Origin: the human T2T-CHM13v2.0 reference genome, Homo sapiens
Strand: one strand, 5' to 3'
Length of the DNA stretch: 64,000 nt
Assembly: GCF_009914755.1 (NCBI RefSeq)
Contig: NC_060925.1
The translations under genes were made by a program, and so were the position numbers. Shown in pieces: positions 1 to 13,151 of this stretch. Each line of letters starts with the position of its first letter. Position 1 is the first letter of the stretch. The notes beneath the pieces are model-generated. The model made no database searches and had not been told where the DNA came from. It saw only the letters and a program-made list of their open reading frames with translations.

Positions 1-1310
1 CTCCCACAGAATCTGTACAGCTCTCCGTTTATGACAGTTTAAACTTAATTTAAATTATCAAACAGACACTTTCCTCAAACATATAAATGATGAGGCAGTT
101 CATTCAGGCTGTATGTATAAAGCTGTTCCAGCCACCTTTTTCTAACGGCTTCTCTGTATCTTTTACATGGAGACAATGAGAGATTTGCTTAGGACAATTT
201 GACTGTAATTTAGAAGTAGGAAATGGGAAGTATTTGTATCTTCTTTGCCTAACTCACATTAGTTACTCAAGTAAGCATTTCTTCCGTTATTGCATTTTCC
301 TGATTACAAGTTTTATGTTTTCTCTAAAACACATATCAAAAGAAATGTCCTAAGCACTATGCAGGGGGAAGCCATGACATTTATCTACCACTGTCAGCAA
401 AAACATGAACTTAGCCCTCAACAGAATATTTCACTTCATTCTAGTGTCACCTCTGCATCACCTGCACTGGAGTCACCACTTGCCTGTTGGGTAAGACCAG
501 GATGCACCACTGAAATAAAAAGGGGTCAGACAATACAAGAAAAGCCAGTAGAAATTGCCAAATGTATCAGAATACACACAGGCTTTCTAAGGATATGGCC
601 CAAGAGGAAGGCTCTAGAGCCCACCCTGAAACAGGATTTTTGACTTCACAGATAAATTATTTAATTTTCAATAACACAATTCAATTAAAGAAAGGGAAGT
701 ACAAGGCTAAACAAATAAGAAATGAAGACAAAAACCCAACCTTTCAAATCTAAAGAAAATAATCTGTTTTAAAGACACAGATGAAGATCAGGAACCCAAA
801 ACAGAAGAAAGGAAAAGCAATTAACACTGGCATCTGATAACAACGAAAAGTATGGAGTCTGGAGAATCGCTAGACTCTAAAAATTATAAAGGTTTAGACT
901 TGGGCTTTGTACACTGAAGAAAAGAAAACTGCATGCATTTATACTGACCAATGTACACTATTGCTGCTTTTTAACTTTTGTGTATATGTAGGGTAGATTT
1001 TTTTTTTAAGTGAAAGCAAGCTTATTAAGAAAGTAAAAGAATAAAAAGGTGGCTTCTCCATAGGCAGAAAACTAGCGTAGTTTTTTTATTAGAAATTGTT
1101 ATTCAACAATAGTACATGTTACAAATAAATACCATTTTAAACTGAAAAAATTGTAGACTTTCAAATCAGTTAGAGTGGTCACCCTAAAAAAGGGCATTTT
1201 TTCCCCTTAGTCTCCTTGTTCATGTTGCTCACAACAAGAAATGGGCTAATGCTATGAATAATAATAACAAACACTGCCTTCTGTCAGGCCCTGTGCTGAA
1301 TACCGTCTGC

Positions 1311-1535
1311 ATATGTATAGGAAAGGGTTAACTCAGCAGGTCTTGTTTGCCCAGACTCTGTACATTTCCAAGAAAGGTCTGCCTTTAGGACTGGTCCTTG
1401 GCCAGCTCCTGGAGAATGAGCTCTCAGCTTTTAGAAAATTCTATCTGCTAAGAATAGTTTTGCATGTCTCAGGTCTTGGGCCACAAAATATCAGTTTAAT
1501 CAGATGGTTTATGTTAACAACTATGATTTATGGCA
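1311..1535 (+). mobile_element. ERVL/ERV1 LTR 5' fragment (MER21/MER77-like)
   Basis: Starts ..ggaaagggttaactcagcagg.. and ends ..gtttatgttaacaactatgatttatgg, resembling recalled MER21/MER77 consensus. Confidence 0.5.
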
Positions 1536-4500
1536 AACATAGATCTCTAATCTCCATTTCTCTCTCATATATCTATATTTATCTATCCATATATATGTAC
1601 CTATATATATCAAATATAAAGATATGTTTATAGCAATTGTATATACGTAGAGAGATAATATGTAGTATGAAGAGAGACATAGATATTATTCTTCATTTTA
1701 GAATGTTATCTTGGTATGTTTAAAAGGAAAAACTTAAGATGTGTTGCAATTGCAGTATGAGTTTCAGGTATGTACATGTTATGTGTGTGTGTGAGAGACA
1801 CACACAAACACATTTCAAACATGTTTTATGTTTAAGCTCAATATTCAAACACAGAAATATAACATCTATTCTTAATATGTTTTATGTAAGTACAGCAGCA
1901 GCATTATTAAATACTGTATTTCTATGGTGATTGAAAATTAGTAGGCAGAGAATTTTTGTAATGGTTCTTAATAATTTTTGTAATAGTAAATGATTACTTT
2001 TTGTTTAGTATAGTTTTATAATCTATACATGAATAAAGTGGATATTTTTATTCATATAGAAATGTGATTTACTCTCATGTACTTATCTACATGCTAAAAC
2101 CATAAGTTATCAATTTTAGTTCTGTGCCAAGGCACTTTTACTGAATAAAAATAATCAGCTAATTTTATATTTTCCTGATTCAAATTTATATGCCTGTGTA
2201 ATGTTCCGGGGTTTTTTTTTTTTAATTTCTGTAAATCAGAATATTCAGATGTTGAAAAAGTCTTTGCCTTCAGATTTAAAAGATACCTTTGAAATGTAGC
2301 ATATCCCAAAATGCAACCCAGAGGCTGGCAATGTCAACATTTTTCTGTTTTAAAAAACCTCTTATGAAAACTATTGCCATACTAAATTTTTTACTTGCTG
2401 ATGACTTACAGCTGGAAAGGATTCTGTATATATAAGACATCAAATATTGAGGATACTGGAACTTTTAAATTAATGGCAAAGAAAGTCAACAAAGGAAGTT
2501 CATATGAAATCAAACTAGTAATATGATTACAAAAAAAAAAAGTTTAAAATTTTTCTTGGCCCCAGTCTTATCATTTCTGAGCCAAATACAATTCTATCGA
2601 AATCACCTGAAACTGAAATCACCATTCTAGGCTGGTTTTCCCATAAAGATGGACTGCTCCAAAAAGAGGAATCAAGAAAGAATTTGGCTCACAGTGAATT
2701 ATTCACTTTGTCTTAGTTAAGTAAAAATAAAATCTGACTGTTAACTACAGAAATCATTTCAAATTCTGTGGTGATAATAAAGTAATGACCGCTTTTCAGC
2801 TGGAGGGACTAACTTCTTTTTTTTTTTTGCTGCATATATAGCTGTGGTACATTTTAATGTGAAATGATGACTGCATCAGCTTATATCCATGGAGCAGATT
2901 TTAGCATTCAGCTTGGGTCTCCCAGTCAATATCTACGAGTCTCTTCTTAAGGAGATCGATGACACAGATACATACAGACTAACAAATGTGATACCAATAA
3001 TCAAGAATTCACTCAGTTAAGATTTTGCCCACTGATTTCCACACAAGAAACCTAGAATTTACTAGATTCTTGTGCCTGTGAGGCTCCACTCATTTCCCTG
3101 AATCACAAAAGCTACAGAGTATTTAGATAGAAATATACCTACTCTTAACATGAACCAGTTTAAATATATGTATTACTGTGTCCACAGGAGTACACTTTAA
3201 AGCAGGGACTTCACTCTTCAATCTCTCCAATCACGTGTTACCTAAAGTGGCATGTGGTTCCCTAAAGCTTAATAACTGACATTGCCTTAAAAAAGGGGTT
3301 TGCTTCCCGACTAATGTGGAAAAAGTCTGAAAAATGATTTTAAATCTTTCACTAAATTTCTCATTTGGTCACGTGGAGGAAAATGATTTCACCAAACAGA
3401 TACTCTCATTAATTTTTTAATGTAATTTATCAAAGAAATGAAATATTTAGATAAATTCCAGGTTTCCCCCACCATGAGCTTCTCCGAAAGTATACTCCAT
3501 CACAGACTGCTCACTAAGAAGCTTTACTGCAGTCAAAGTGACCGAATTTAAGGGGACATAATGACTACTTCTGCTACACAGAAACATTATCCATCTCTAA
3601 CACTTCCCTATGAGACAGAAGACGGACTTCTAATCAGGTACCAGAGAGGGCTCTGCCAACTTCAGGGCTTTGATGAATAAGAATGGTTGAGAGCGCTCAT
3701 CATAAATGAATTCAGTATAACTGAGTGAGAAAGTGAGAGAACCAGAGAAATAAATCCACATGTAGAAAATTTAGTGGTGTGAAATGCCAAATGCCAGTTA
3801 ACCAAAGCTTTCTTTGTCATAAAGCAACTTCTATAAAAATTGCTGAAAATAAATTCTTCATGGCTCAATGTGAATCAGTAATTTCCATTTCTATTACACT
3901 GTTGTTTACCTAAAAACTATTTTTAATGACTAAGACTCAGAGTTTGCCAGAGTGTTTTCCACAAAACAACTGTTTTGAGATACTCCAGATCTGTAATCAA
4001 GTAAGTCTGAAAAACCCCAAATACCTCACACACCTCTTGGATATGCATAAAGCACACTAATATATAACGTTCTAAAAAGCCAATCATTAAAACTGTTTTA
4101 TATTGTTTAAGCATTTCCTAGACATATTTGGCTACAAATCTAACATCTAATTAAACAGTCTGGGAAATGCCATCACATAATGTAGGAATATTACTAGTCA
4201 TTTAAGAAACTAGAAAATATTTACTATATTCTAGGCAGTTGGCTAGCAGTTGGAGTTCTAGTCTCTAAACAAAATACTGACTTATTTCTGTGACTTTTTT
4301 CTTTTAATGTGACATCACTCTTTTAAGCAGCTCTGTGCTTCACAATTTTTTTTTTTCCTGGTTTGTTTTCCACTTTTGTCTGTACTTTATTCCTTCACAG
4401 ATGTGAAAGGCTAACAAATGTAAACTAGTTATATTAATCAGCCTCTGCCTCAGTTCTACACTTCAAATACAGTATATACTCTATCAACAATTCTTGGATA

Positions 4501-4536
4501 ATAACAACCTGTACTTGTTTTTCAAACAATAAAACA

Positions 4537-4846
4537 GGCCGGGCACCGTGGCTGGCTCACGCCCATAATCCCAACACTTTGGGAGGCCGAGGCGGGCGGA
4601 TCACCTGAGGCCAATATGGTGAGTTCGAGACCAACCTGGCCAATATGGTGAGTTCTCGTCTCGACTAAAAATACAAAATAATTAGCTGGCCGTGGTGGTG
4701 TGTGCCTGTAATCCCAGTTACTTGAGAGACTGAGACGAGAGAATCGCTTGAACCCGGGGGGCAGAAGTTGCAGTGAGCCAAGATCGCACCAACTGCACTC
4801 CAGCCTGGGCAACAAGAGCGAAAACTCCACCTTAAAAATAAAATAA
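4537..4846 (+). mobile_element. AluS element
   Basis: Full dimeric Alu, A-rich tail, TSD aaacaataaaac. Confidence 0.95.
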
Positions 4847-7759
4847 ACAATAAAACGATGAAAACACAAATAACTACAGCACTTCAGAGTTAGTTGACAA
4901 ATCCACCTTTTCAATCTACATTTCAAAATGTTCAGAAAGACACCATCCTAGGGGAAGTCAACCAGCAGCAACCTCTCTGCTAATTTTTGTACACAGAAAC
5001 TTGACCGGACTGCACAAAGGTTTCAATAGATGTCTCCCTCTAAAATTAATATTGAATGATTTGTCATCTTCCATTTAATACCAAAAGGGTATCAGCCACA
5101 AACTGAAATATCACTCATATGCAAATAAATAACATTCAAGACTTTTATCGTTGTGGTTATTAATCTTGTAATGGATGGACATAAATCTATTCACATTCTC
5201 ATCCTATCCTCAAATTTCACTATTCTCTCCTCTCATTCTTACTTTGTTCTACTCATATTCTCACACTATCCTCCTACGCATAAAATATTATGTATCCTAA
5301 TGAACAGAGATACCATTCGTGGGCAAGGAAAAAACACAATGAACTGCTCTTTATAATAAAAATCATGATCTTGACACAGATGTTATCAATCAATAAACTT
5401 TACACAGCTTTACACTAAATTAATACAAACTGCTGATGAGTGGGTGGGGAGTGGTCACTAAGCAAACAGAAGCATGTAGGTGTTAGGAAGCACGAGAAAC
5501 ATATATCAGTGGGTAGGGAAGGCAGCTCTCAAAGGCCAAGAATATAAGTTTTAGGTCTATATGGAAAAAGCTGTGGTCACATTCGAAGGCTTCTGAACAG
5601 AAGAATGATTAATTTCATGCTTAAAGAGTTCAGGTGTAAATAAACTGGATGGATGAGAAACTCAAAATCAAGAATTTTAAGACACTGGGTTAAGGTGATT
5701 GAGCTAAGTCAAAGCCAACAGGGCATGGGCTAAATATTGACATGGGATGGGATGAAGAGGCCAACAATGTTTCAAAGCAGAGGTTGCCGGAGCTTCAGGA
5801 ACCAGAAGAGGAAGACTTGAGGTGAAATCTGAAACTGCAATCCCCATACCTGGCTCAAAAGATGTGATACTGACTAGGAAAAGGCTGGAGAGAGAAGCTT
5901 CTTTTAAAGAGGTAATAAGGGATTGTTTTGATGTGCTGGGTTGAGGTGAAAATGACAAATATTCAGGTGGAAGTGTCCAGCATTCAAGTAGGATAACTTG
6001 GAACAGAAAGCCCAAATTATGTCGTGGTGAAATGAGGATAATGTCTTATTAATAAAAACACGTCTTACTAGTCTTTCCTGGGGAACATGAAAGATAGAAT
6101 TTCAGAAATTTAGAGAATGAAAAAGGAAAGATTACAAGGCAATAAGTTGATTAAAATAGACTAAACTATTCAGTGGCAGCTATCTTAAAGCAAGATATAT
6201 CTTCTACAGCACGATCTACCCAAATGCAAATCTGGGCAGAGAAATACAAAATATTTTTAGGACTGACAAAATTTCAGCTATATGTCTTTTTAAAAATGCT
6301 GCAGAGAGAAATTTAGATGGATTGGACAAATATTTGCATAAGGATTCCACAGCCAACGTACACAATTTTCCAACTACTATGGTTAGCACTGGGCTCAGGC
6401 ACTACCTTTGCCAACCAGTAGATTTTCAGTATTGCCCCTGGCAGACATCCCATTAGCAATCTCTCCCCATTCCCAAACATTCTCAACTATTCTAGTCATG
6501 CCAATTCAACCAATGTCTCTTAAGCCTTACATAAACATTGACTTACACCGAAATGTATCCTATGGCTCTTACTAACTGTAACTTACTTAAATCACCCAAG
6601 CCTCTGTTTTCCCTGCTATAAAATGTAAAATAGCTGACAAAATACCTATTTGTATTTTTTGGAAACACGGGATAAAGCAAGGCAAGCAAAAAGAACAGCA
6701 GAGACAATGCTTAATAAATATCCTAGTAGGATCACCTTAATCCATGAAGAAAATGGAGTTTAATTTTTTTAATACAAAAAAACTCAATGAAGTTATACTT
6801 ACGTTAAATTGGTGGTTATTTTAGGTCAGTGGTTTTAAAACTCAACAATGAAACTGTTTTCAAAAAGAGTTGTTATACAGAACAGAAAAAAGCAGCCACA
6901 ATTTTAAAAAAGATATGAAGACCCAGATTCTCACTCATTCAGCTCCCTTCATACTCCCTCCCCACAGCCACCTCAGCTCCTGAGGCAGGTTCCCAGGGCT
7001 CCAAGGAACATACTTTTAAAAAATCAGTATTTTGAATATATAATAAGTGATGTAACTTAAAAGTATGGTGAGAAAGTCCCATTGCCAAGAGAAACATGTT
7101 AATTTTTTATTTAAAAAATCATCACTCTTTTCATTGTGACATCTTGAAGAACGCTGAATGGCTTCAAAATAACTGCATATGCCAAGATTTCTGGAGTGGG
7201 CACGTTTGATCTTCTTTCATAATGAAAACTGACAAACATTTTTAAGGGCATAGTATTGTTTCTTCACTCTCCCCCCCTCCTCACCCCTGCACACACATAC
7301 ATTTCTCCTTCCTGGGGAACTCCAAAGAAAACAAAGGCCCTTTAGCAATCAAGTAGATTGTCTCTCTTGATGGCATCCCATGAGTTATGGAATTACATAC
7401 TGCAGGCCCAGGTGGATTAGGGCCCCTAGAAAGTTTGCTTGATCAACAGAGTGCTGTTGATTTTTTCAACTGAATTAATTACTCTTGGAGTCCAAACTCT
7501 CCAGTGTGCCACAGTCCTCATCACTTCCTGTATCTTAAATATTGCATTATCTGTCCCCTAAAAGTATTTGAACATGTGACCCAGAGAAGAGGACTTACAA
7601 CTTGACTAGGCAACTTCTGTCACACTGGATTCATATGAAATTCCACTGCAAGTGACATCACCAGATTGGGGACCCTGAAGTGTTTGAGTATCTTCTCCAC
7701 ATCTGGTCATTTAGGCTAAGAAATTCCTTCTTGTCTACCAGGTCTTTTAGCATTCATTT

Positions 7760-8130
7760 TGTAAGTCATTCAACACCTACTTACTGAGAAGGAATACTGG
7801 GCTAGACAGTGTGCTAGGGGCTGGGGAAACCGCAATGCATAGGAGAGAATTCCCATCTCCAAGAGGCTCACAGTCAAACAGACATAAATAGGTGATTACA
7901 ATACACACTAACAACATAGTTTTAGAAACAACTAGCAGAATTATATAGACGAAGATGCCAGGAAAGGCTTCTCAGAGAATCTGGCTTGGCAAATATCTCA
8001 ACAAAGAGGGCTGAGCAGGGATGAGCCGAAGGAGAGGATGGAAAGTAGGTTGTGGGTGAGTTTTCCAGGCAGCATGTGCAAAGGTCCAGGAGAAAGAGGA
8101 AGGAGCCTGTACTTGGAGGAATATTCGATT
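7760..8130 (+). mobile_element. L2 3' fragment
   Basis: cattcaacacctacttactgag..gtgctaggggctgggg..gcatgtgcaaaggtcc, typical L2 end motifs. Confidence 0.55.
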
Positions 8131-8687
8131 ACTATTATCAGTGTCACACTTGCTATTCATCTAGACAGAAGCTCCTGAAACAAAAAGGATACACTTCAAA
8201 AGATGCCAATATATCCATGACCACACAAAAGAGTGTCTAGTCATATAATAAAGGGTGTACATATGCAGGCAACTCACATCCTGCCAAATATTAAATTTCT
8301 AATTTTATTATAATTTCTAATAAAACATTAGATTTATTATTATACAGAGTCATACTCCTTGATTGGGAAACTCTCAACTCAATAAACATTCTTTAGTCTC
8401 ATGTCTTTTCTAAAGGAAAGAAATTAATGTTATATTCTTGGGTGAAAAAAATGTGAGGTCTCAAAAGAGTATAATACAATTTGGGGATGCATATATATTT
8501 TACATGTATATAGACACATAAAAATCTAAAAGCATAAATTTTAATATGTTAACAGAAGACAGAAGTCATGTATTTTTTACTTTCTTCTTTTTGGCATATC
8601 TCTTTTTCTAACTTTTTTTTTTCTTTTTACAAAAAACAATTGTTATTTGTGTACTTTTAAAACCTCACAGTAATATTTTCACACTAC

Positions 8688-8939
8688 CTTCTTGGCTGAA
8701 AGTTCACACTCGGAATTCCAGAGCAGTCCATGGCCAGGCCCACTGGGCTCCCCTTGCTCTCTCCTTGGCTTTGGTAACCACTGGCCCCAGGGACTCAGCC
8801 TGCTTTCCTATCCATCCCCTCAGTAGCTGTCACCATGCAGGTTACCCCTTCTGTTTCTTCTACCACTAACTCCATGTCTGACTGCAAGTGAAAGGAACAG
8901 AAGCCCAAACCTTTGGGTTTTAAGGAGTTTATTGCTAAT
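8688..8939 (-). other. Candidate downstream exon of the PARP8-derived transcript
   Basis: Minus-strand acceptor ctcctgtctctttctgttttacag|ATTAGC at 8939; possible donor AAG|gtagtg after 8688; genomic A-tract (minus) at ~8613-8628 just downstream. No transcript evidence available here. Confidence 0.5.
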
Positions 8940-11900
8940 CTGTAAAACAGAAAGAGACAGGAGATAAGCATGACAAAATATAGGGAAGAAATGACTTTTG
9001 CCTAAACTTCCCAATTGTGTACAATTGAAGCCTCTGCTTTATAGCTCTTAGCACACCTCTCAAATAAGAAGGCAGTACTGGGAAGGCTCTGAACCTGTGG
9101 CAGAACCACTGATAGCTGTGGAGCTATTCCAAGGAGTCTGGGAATCAGGGGGATTATCAAGATCATTGTTAGAATAAATTAATCTTACTGTATATATAGC
9201 AGAAGTTTTCAAGCATATGTAAATGCTACTAATAACCAAATAATTACACCTTGTTTTTCTTTAAACTGTAACTCTCAAGTATGTCTCTACATAATTTTTT
9301 GATTGGTAGTGTCTGCATGCTCAAAAAGCTTGAAAACACTACTGGAGAAGAAGGTCTCGGGAGTGTGATGAAATACGTTTACATGGCAGCTTCATCATTT
9401 AATTGGTGAAAGTGACTATGTGTCTTAAACTCTCTGAGCCTCAGTTTGCACATCCAAAAGCAAGGATATAATTCCATGAACCTTTCCACCTCAAGTCCAC
9501 AAGGCAGAATAGCAAGATGTTAACTGCCACTCTGAGGACCACCAAATAAAAGGACAATTTATTAGGCCACTTGCCAGCATGGACACAATCGACTCTTGGC
9601 ATTTCTTATTATCCACAGAAAAATTAAAAGTATAAATATAGAACAAAATTATCGTGTTTTTTTTAATAGTAACATGTAAGATCAATCTTTGTCTTTAAAA
9701 TACCGTGTATCTCATTCTCGGAAAGCGTCAAAATGAAAATGGTATAGTAAGTTTTATCTACAACTTGAATTAAAATTATTCTTGAAATATGTTCTGAATG
9801 GTTAGATGAAATGGTAATTAAATACAAATAGAGATAATCATATACTCTCTCTCCATAAGGCTCCCACCTCCTTCAATGAAGTCTAGTTCACCTAAAATGA
9901 CACTATTAACATTAATTCAATATTATAAGTTGATAAGCACATTAAATCAAAACACAGCAAGATTATTTTAAGAGTCTGACTGAAATGTCAGGATGAGAAA
10001 TAGATTAATAAATATTGGCTTCTAATGTCGGTAATGAAAACAAACACGTTATTTTCAGAAAATAAAAGGTCTTCGTCATTAGGTACAAATCATAAAGGGA
10101 TTATCTACGGTTACTACACTGTAACAACTTTTTACATATTGTATTATAGAACAAGCTTTTGAGAAGACAAAGCAACACATCAGCAGTTTAACCAATTGTC
10201 TTTCTCTTTTAACAGGCTGGTCTACATTAGATTAGATATAAAAGGCCCAGGTATTACTTGTGTTCGATCTTAGCCACATGGCTGAGAAACATCCAGGTAC
10301 ATTTAAATCAGTGACAAAAGAAAACATTATCCCTTAGTAAAATTACATAAAATAGGAAACATCTCTTACTTTAAGAGCAACGATGGTACTTGTTCCTATG
10401 GTGAAAACTGATGTTATCTCGATTAGTTAATTATTCATCCCAACACCTGGTCTTGCTTCCTTTTCCACCTCTAGCTATGTTAACACTAGAGTTCAGTAAT
10501 TTGTTGATAAAGAATCTTAACTGCAGTATCTAACAGATCTTAGTGATTAAGCATATGACTTACCCTTTGTACAGATAAGTAAACTGAGGCCAAAAGAACT
10601 GAGGTATCTTATTAAAAATCAGAGAGCTAGTTAGTTGAAAAGTCCACCTGTCCTTCCTTTCCACATGTCTCACCAGAAAAACAGCAATGGTGAAAAGTCA
10701 ACTCTGTTTTTAATGGGCCACTTTGTATATTTTAACTGTTAAAATAATCCAAGAAGATAGTAGTCATATACGAAGATCCTTTAGATATAATGTGTAGGAC
10801 CAGCATTAATTTAATCAACCAAGTCTCCTCTCATTGAATTGTTAATTCATAATTACAAAGATGACATTACAGTAAATTAAGAAATACTGTAATTTCATTC
10901 TCTCCAAAAAGTATACATTGAAGTTTGGTGAATACTGTTATATTTTCAACTAGTAAATCAGTGTGCCAATTCTGGGTCTTAGGCATATTGTATATACTGG
11001 AATGATATTCACTTTAATTAAATTTGTTTTGAGATGTAGAATGTAATACAGATCCTACGTGTTTTTAAAAGTTCACATCAATTTCAAGCTTTTAAAAATG
11101 TATGTACACAAGAAAGCTTCTTTTGCAATTTATATGTTTACAAATGTTGCCATTAGCTAAGCTATATTTTGGAATGTGATCAAACAATATTGAATGTCAA
11201 GTCTTAACAGCAGGGCTGGTCTAAGGAATTCCCTCTAAGCTAAATCTGATCCTTTCATATGTGGCTACTGCTCTTTTAAACTACTGTATCCCTAAAGGGC
11301 TAAAAGGAAGAAAATCCTAACTTAATAAGTGAAGGCAGCAAGGCATAGTATTTGAATGGCTACCTTTCATTTTAACTCTACTTCTTAAATTCACAATTGG
11401 ATTTGGGTTTGTTTCAAGTTGTTCACAATTTACTAACGAAATGTGCATCTCTCATTCTTCCCCCAAAAGAAAGAAGTCATCCACTCCAGCTACATATAAG
11501 TCTCCAATTTCTGTCTTACAACTAAACGTGAAAACCGAAATACCACTCATTGAAAAAAAAAATATACAGAGAATTGGCAGGCTGCATGTTTATGTGAACC
11601 TTCAGAAAACATGGAAACACGCAGCCCCAACTCACCAGGAAAATCAACACTTGTGATCAAACTATTTTGTGACATTTTATGTCTTTTATACATTTCACTT
11701 CATATCCAGTATTCCAGTTTTGCACCGGCTTGCCTGTATCAACCCCAAATCGCCTGAGAGCAATCTAGTACTGTAGCAGAACCGTTTCAACATGAAGAGT
11801 TCTGCTCATCGCCTGTGGCGTGGTCTTCGAAACACCTGAATCAAACATTGATTCCCCTCCCCCTGCTATTTAAAACCGAGGGACGTCAGGCTTGGGTTGT

Positions 11901-12022
11901 AGGTAAAGAAAAGCCACAGTAATCAAACAAGCAACCAAAATACCCGAACACGGAACACGCTAAGAACAAAGGAAACACAAGAGTGTGAACAGGAAATGAA
12001 GCAACTCTACACCCATAAATAC

Positions 12023-12077
12023 CTTCTGGGGCCGCCAACATAGGTAAAAGTAAAGGTGGAGTCTGAGTATCTGAAAT
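12023..12077 (-). CDS. PARP8: PARP8-derived coding exon 2 (55 nt; DFRYSDSTFTFTYVGGPR)
   Basis: ctttctgtttcag|ATTTCAGATAC...GGCCCCAGAAG|gtattt; canonical AG/GT, phase 1 in, phase 2 out; paralogous copy, not the parent gene. Confidence 0.88.
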
Positions 12078-12983
12078 CTGAAACAGAAAGTCCTGTCAAA
12101 AGCTACCCCTGGAGTGGATTTGTTTTAACCCCGATCAGGACTTGGGCCCTCCATTTGGTGGAGTCAGGGGAGGCCTGGCCGGGCGGGAGGCGAGGGCTAG
12201 AGGGCGGCGAGGTCTCTCCGCGCAGCGTCCCAGGGGATGCGGCGCGCCCCCGACTGGGTGCAGCGGCAGGCCGCCCCCGGCAGCAAGTGCCGGGTGCCAT
12301 GGCAACGGCGGGAATTTCCCGGTCGGGGAGGCCGGAAGCAGCCCCGCCGGGCTCGCGGCAGCGAACGCAAAATCCGATCTCTCTCCCGGGGGAGCAAAAT
12401 GGACGAAAGGCGACCCCCCAGGCAGGGGCGCTGGGTGCCTTGGGAATCCGAGGAATCCCTTCTCTTTGCCAGTCGGAGGGGACTAGATGGAGCCGAAGGG
12501 GCCGGAGATGGGCCGAGCGCTGCCCCCCGGGGGTCCTCGGCGCCGGGCGCAGCTTACGAGCGCAGCGCAGCAAGCTCCATTCCCGGCCGCCGCCGCTCAG
12601 CCCATTACGCAAACCTGGCGGGTCCAACCAACCCCGCTCTGCCGCCGCTGCTGGAACCCAGGAGGCGTGCTTGCAGGCTTCGGGCACTACGCGGGGCTGG
12701 AAATACCACGCACTGCCCCTTCGCCTAGACCCCCGCTCGGGCCACGCGGGTTCTGCCCTCAAAGCTGGTAGCTGCCCCAGACTTGGGGGTGGGGGGAGGG
12801 GAAGGGGCGAGGCTGGCACCCCCTCTGGCTTTTGGCTCCCGTGTTCGTTGCAGCAGCTGTTGCCAAATGAACCCCGGAATGCGGACGTGCAAACCCTCCA
12901 CCCCACCCCCAGCCACACACGTCGCGGTCAGAGAACTGGGAAGGGGGCGCGGGGTCCGAGGTTCTGGAAAAGCAAGAACTCAC

Positions 12984-13071
12984 CTGCAAACAGGCAGTCC
13001 TCAGCTCTGGACTTCTGGATCACGACGTCGATATCCTTCTGAATTCGGTCTTGCCTTGAACACATCCCCAT
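12984..13071 (-). CDS. PARP8: PARP8-derived coding exon 1 (88 nt from ATG; MGMCSRQDRIQKDIDVVIQKSRAEDCLFA)
   Basis: ATG at 13071-13069; donor GCAG|gtgagt at 12983; lies within ORF 12928..13380; paralogous copy. Confidence 0.88.
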
Positions 13072-13151
13072 TAAATAAGTCCTTGGAAAAGAAGCAGCCG
13101 CTATTTCCACCCCACCCCCCTCGCACGCTTTCAGCTTTCGTAAATATTCAG

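Larger units (their letters stand above)
12023..13071 (-). pseudogene. Partial (5'-only) unprocessed duplicate of PARP8: coding exons 1-2 and intron 1; probably 5' part of a LINC01138/LINC00869/LINC00623-family transcript
   Basis: Spliced translation MGMCSRQDRIQKDIDVVIQKSRAEDCLFADFRYSDSTFTFTYVGGPR matches the recalled PARP8 N-terminus (MGMCSRQERIQKDIDVVIQKSRAEKDCLFADFRYSD..) with E8D and K25 deleted; no further PARP8 exon recognised; neighbouring U1 variant fits chr1 duplicons. Confidence 0.85.

Noticed and set aside
4522-4926. 134-aa ORF and similar ORFs at 16261, 19993, 23991, 36797, 40553, 50293
   Set aside because: Translations of Alu sequence (LECSG.., SWDYR.., GFHHVGQAG)
12023-13071. 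The authentic PARP8 gene
   Set aside because: E8D and missing K25 versus recalled PARP8, and the adjacent U1 variant, favour a duplicate; not fully excluded without alignment because PARP8 intron 2 is long
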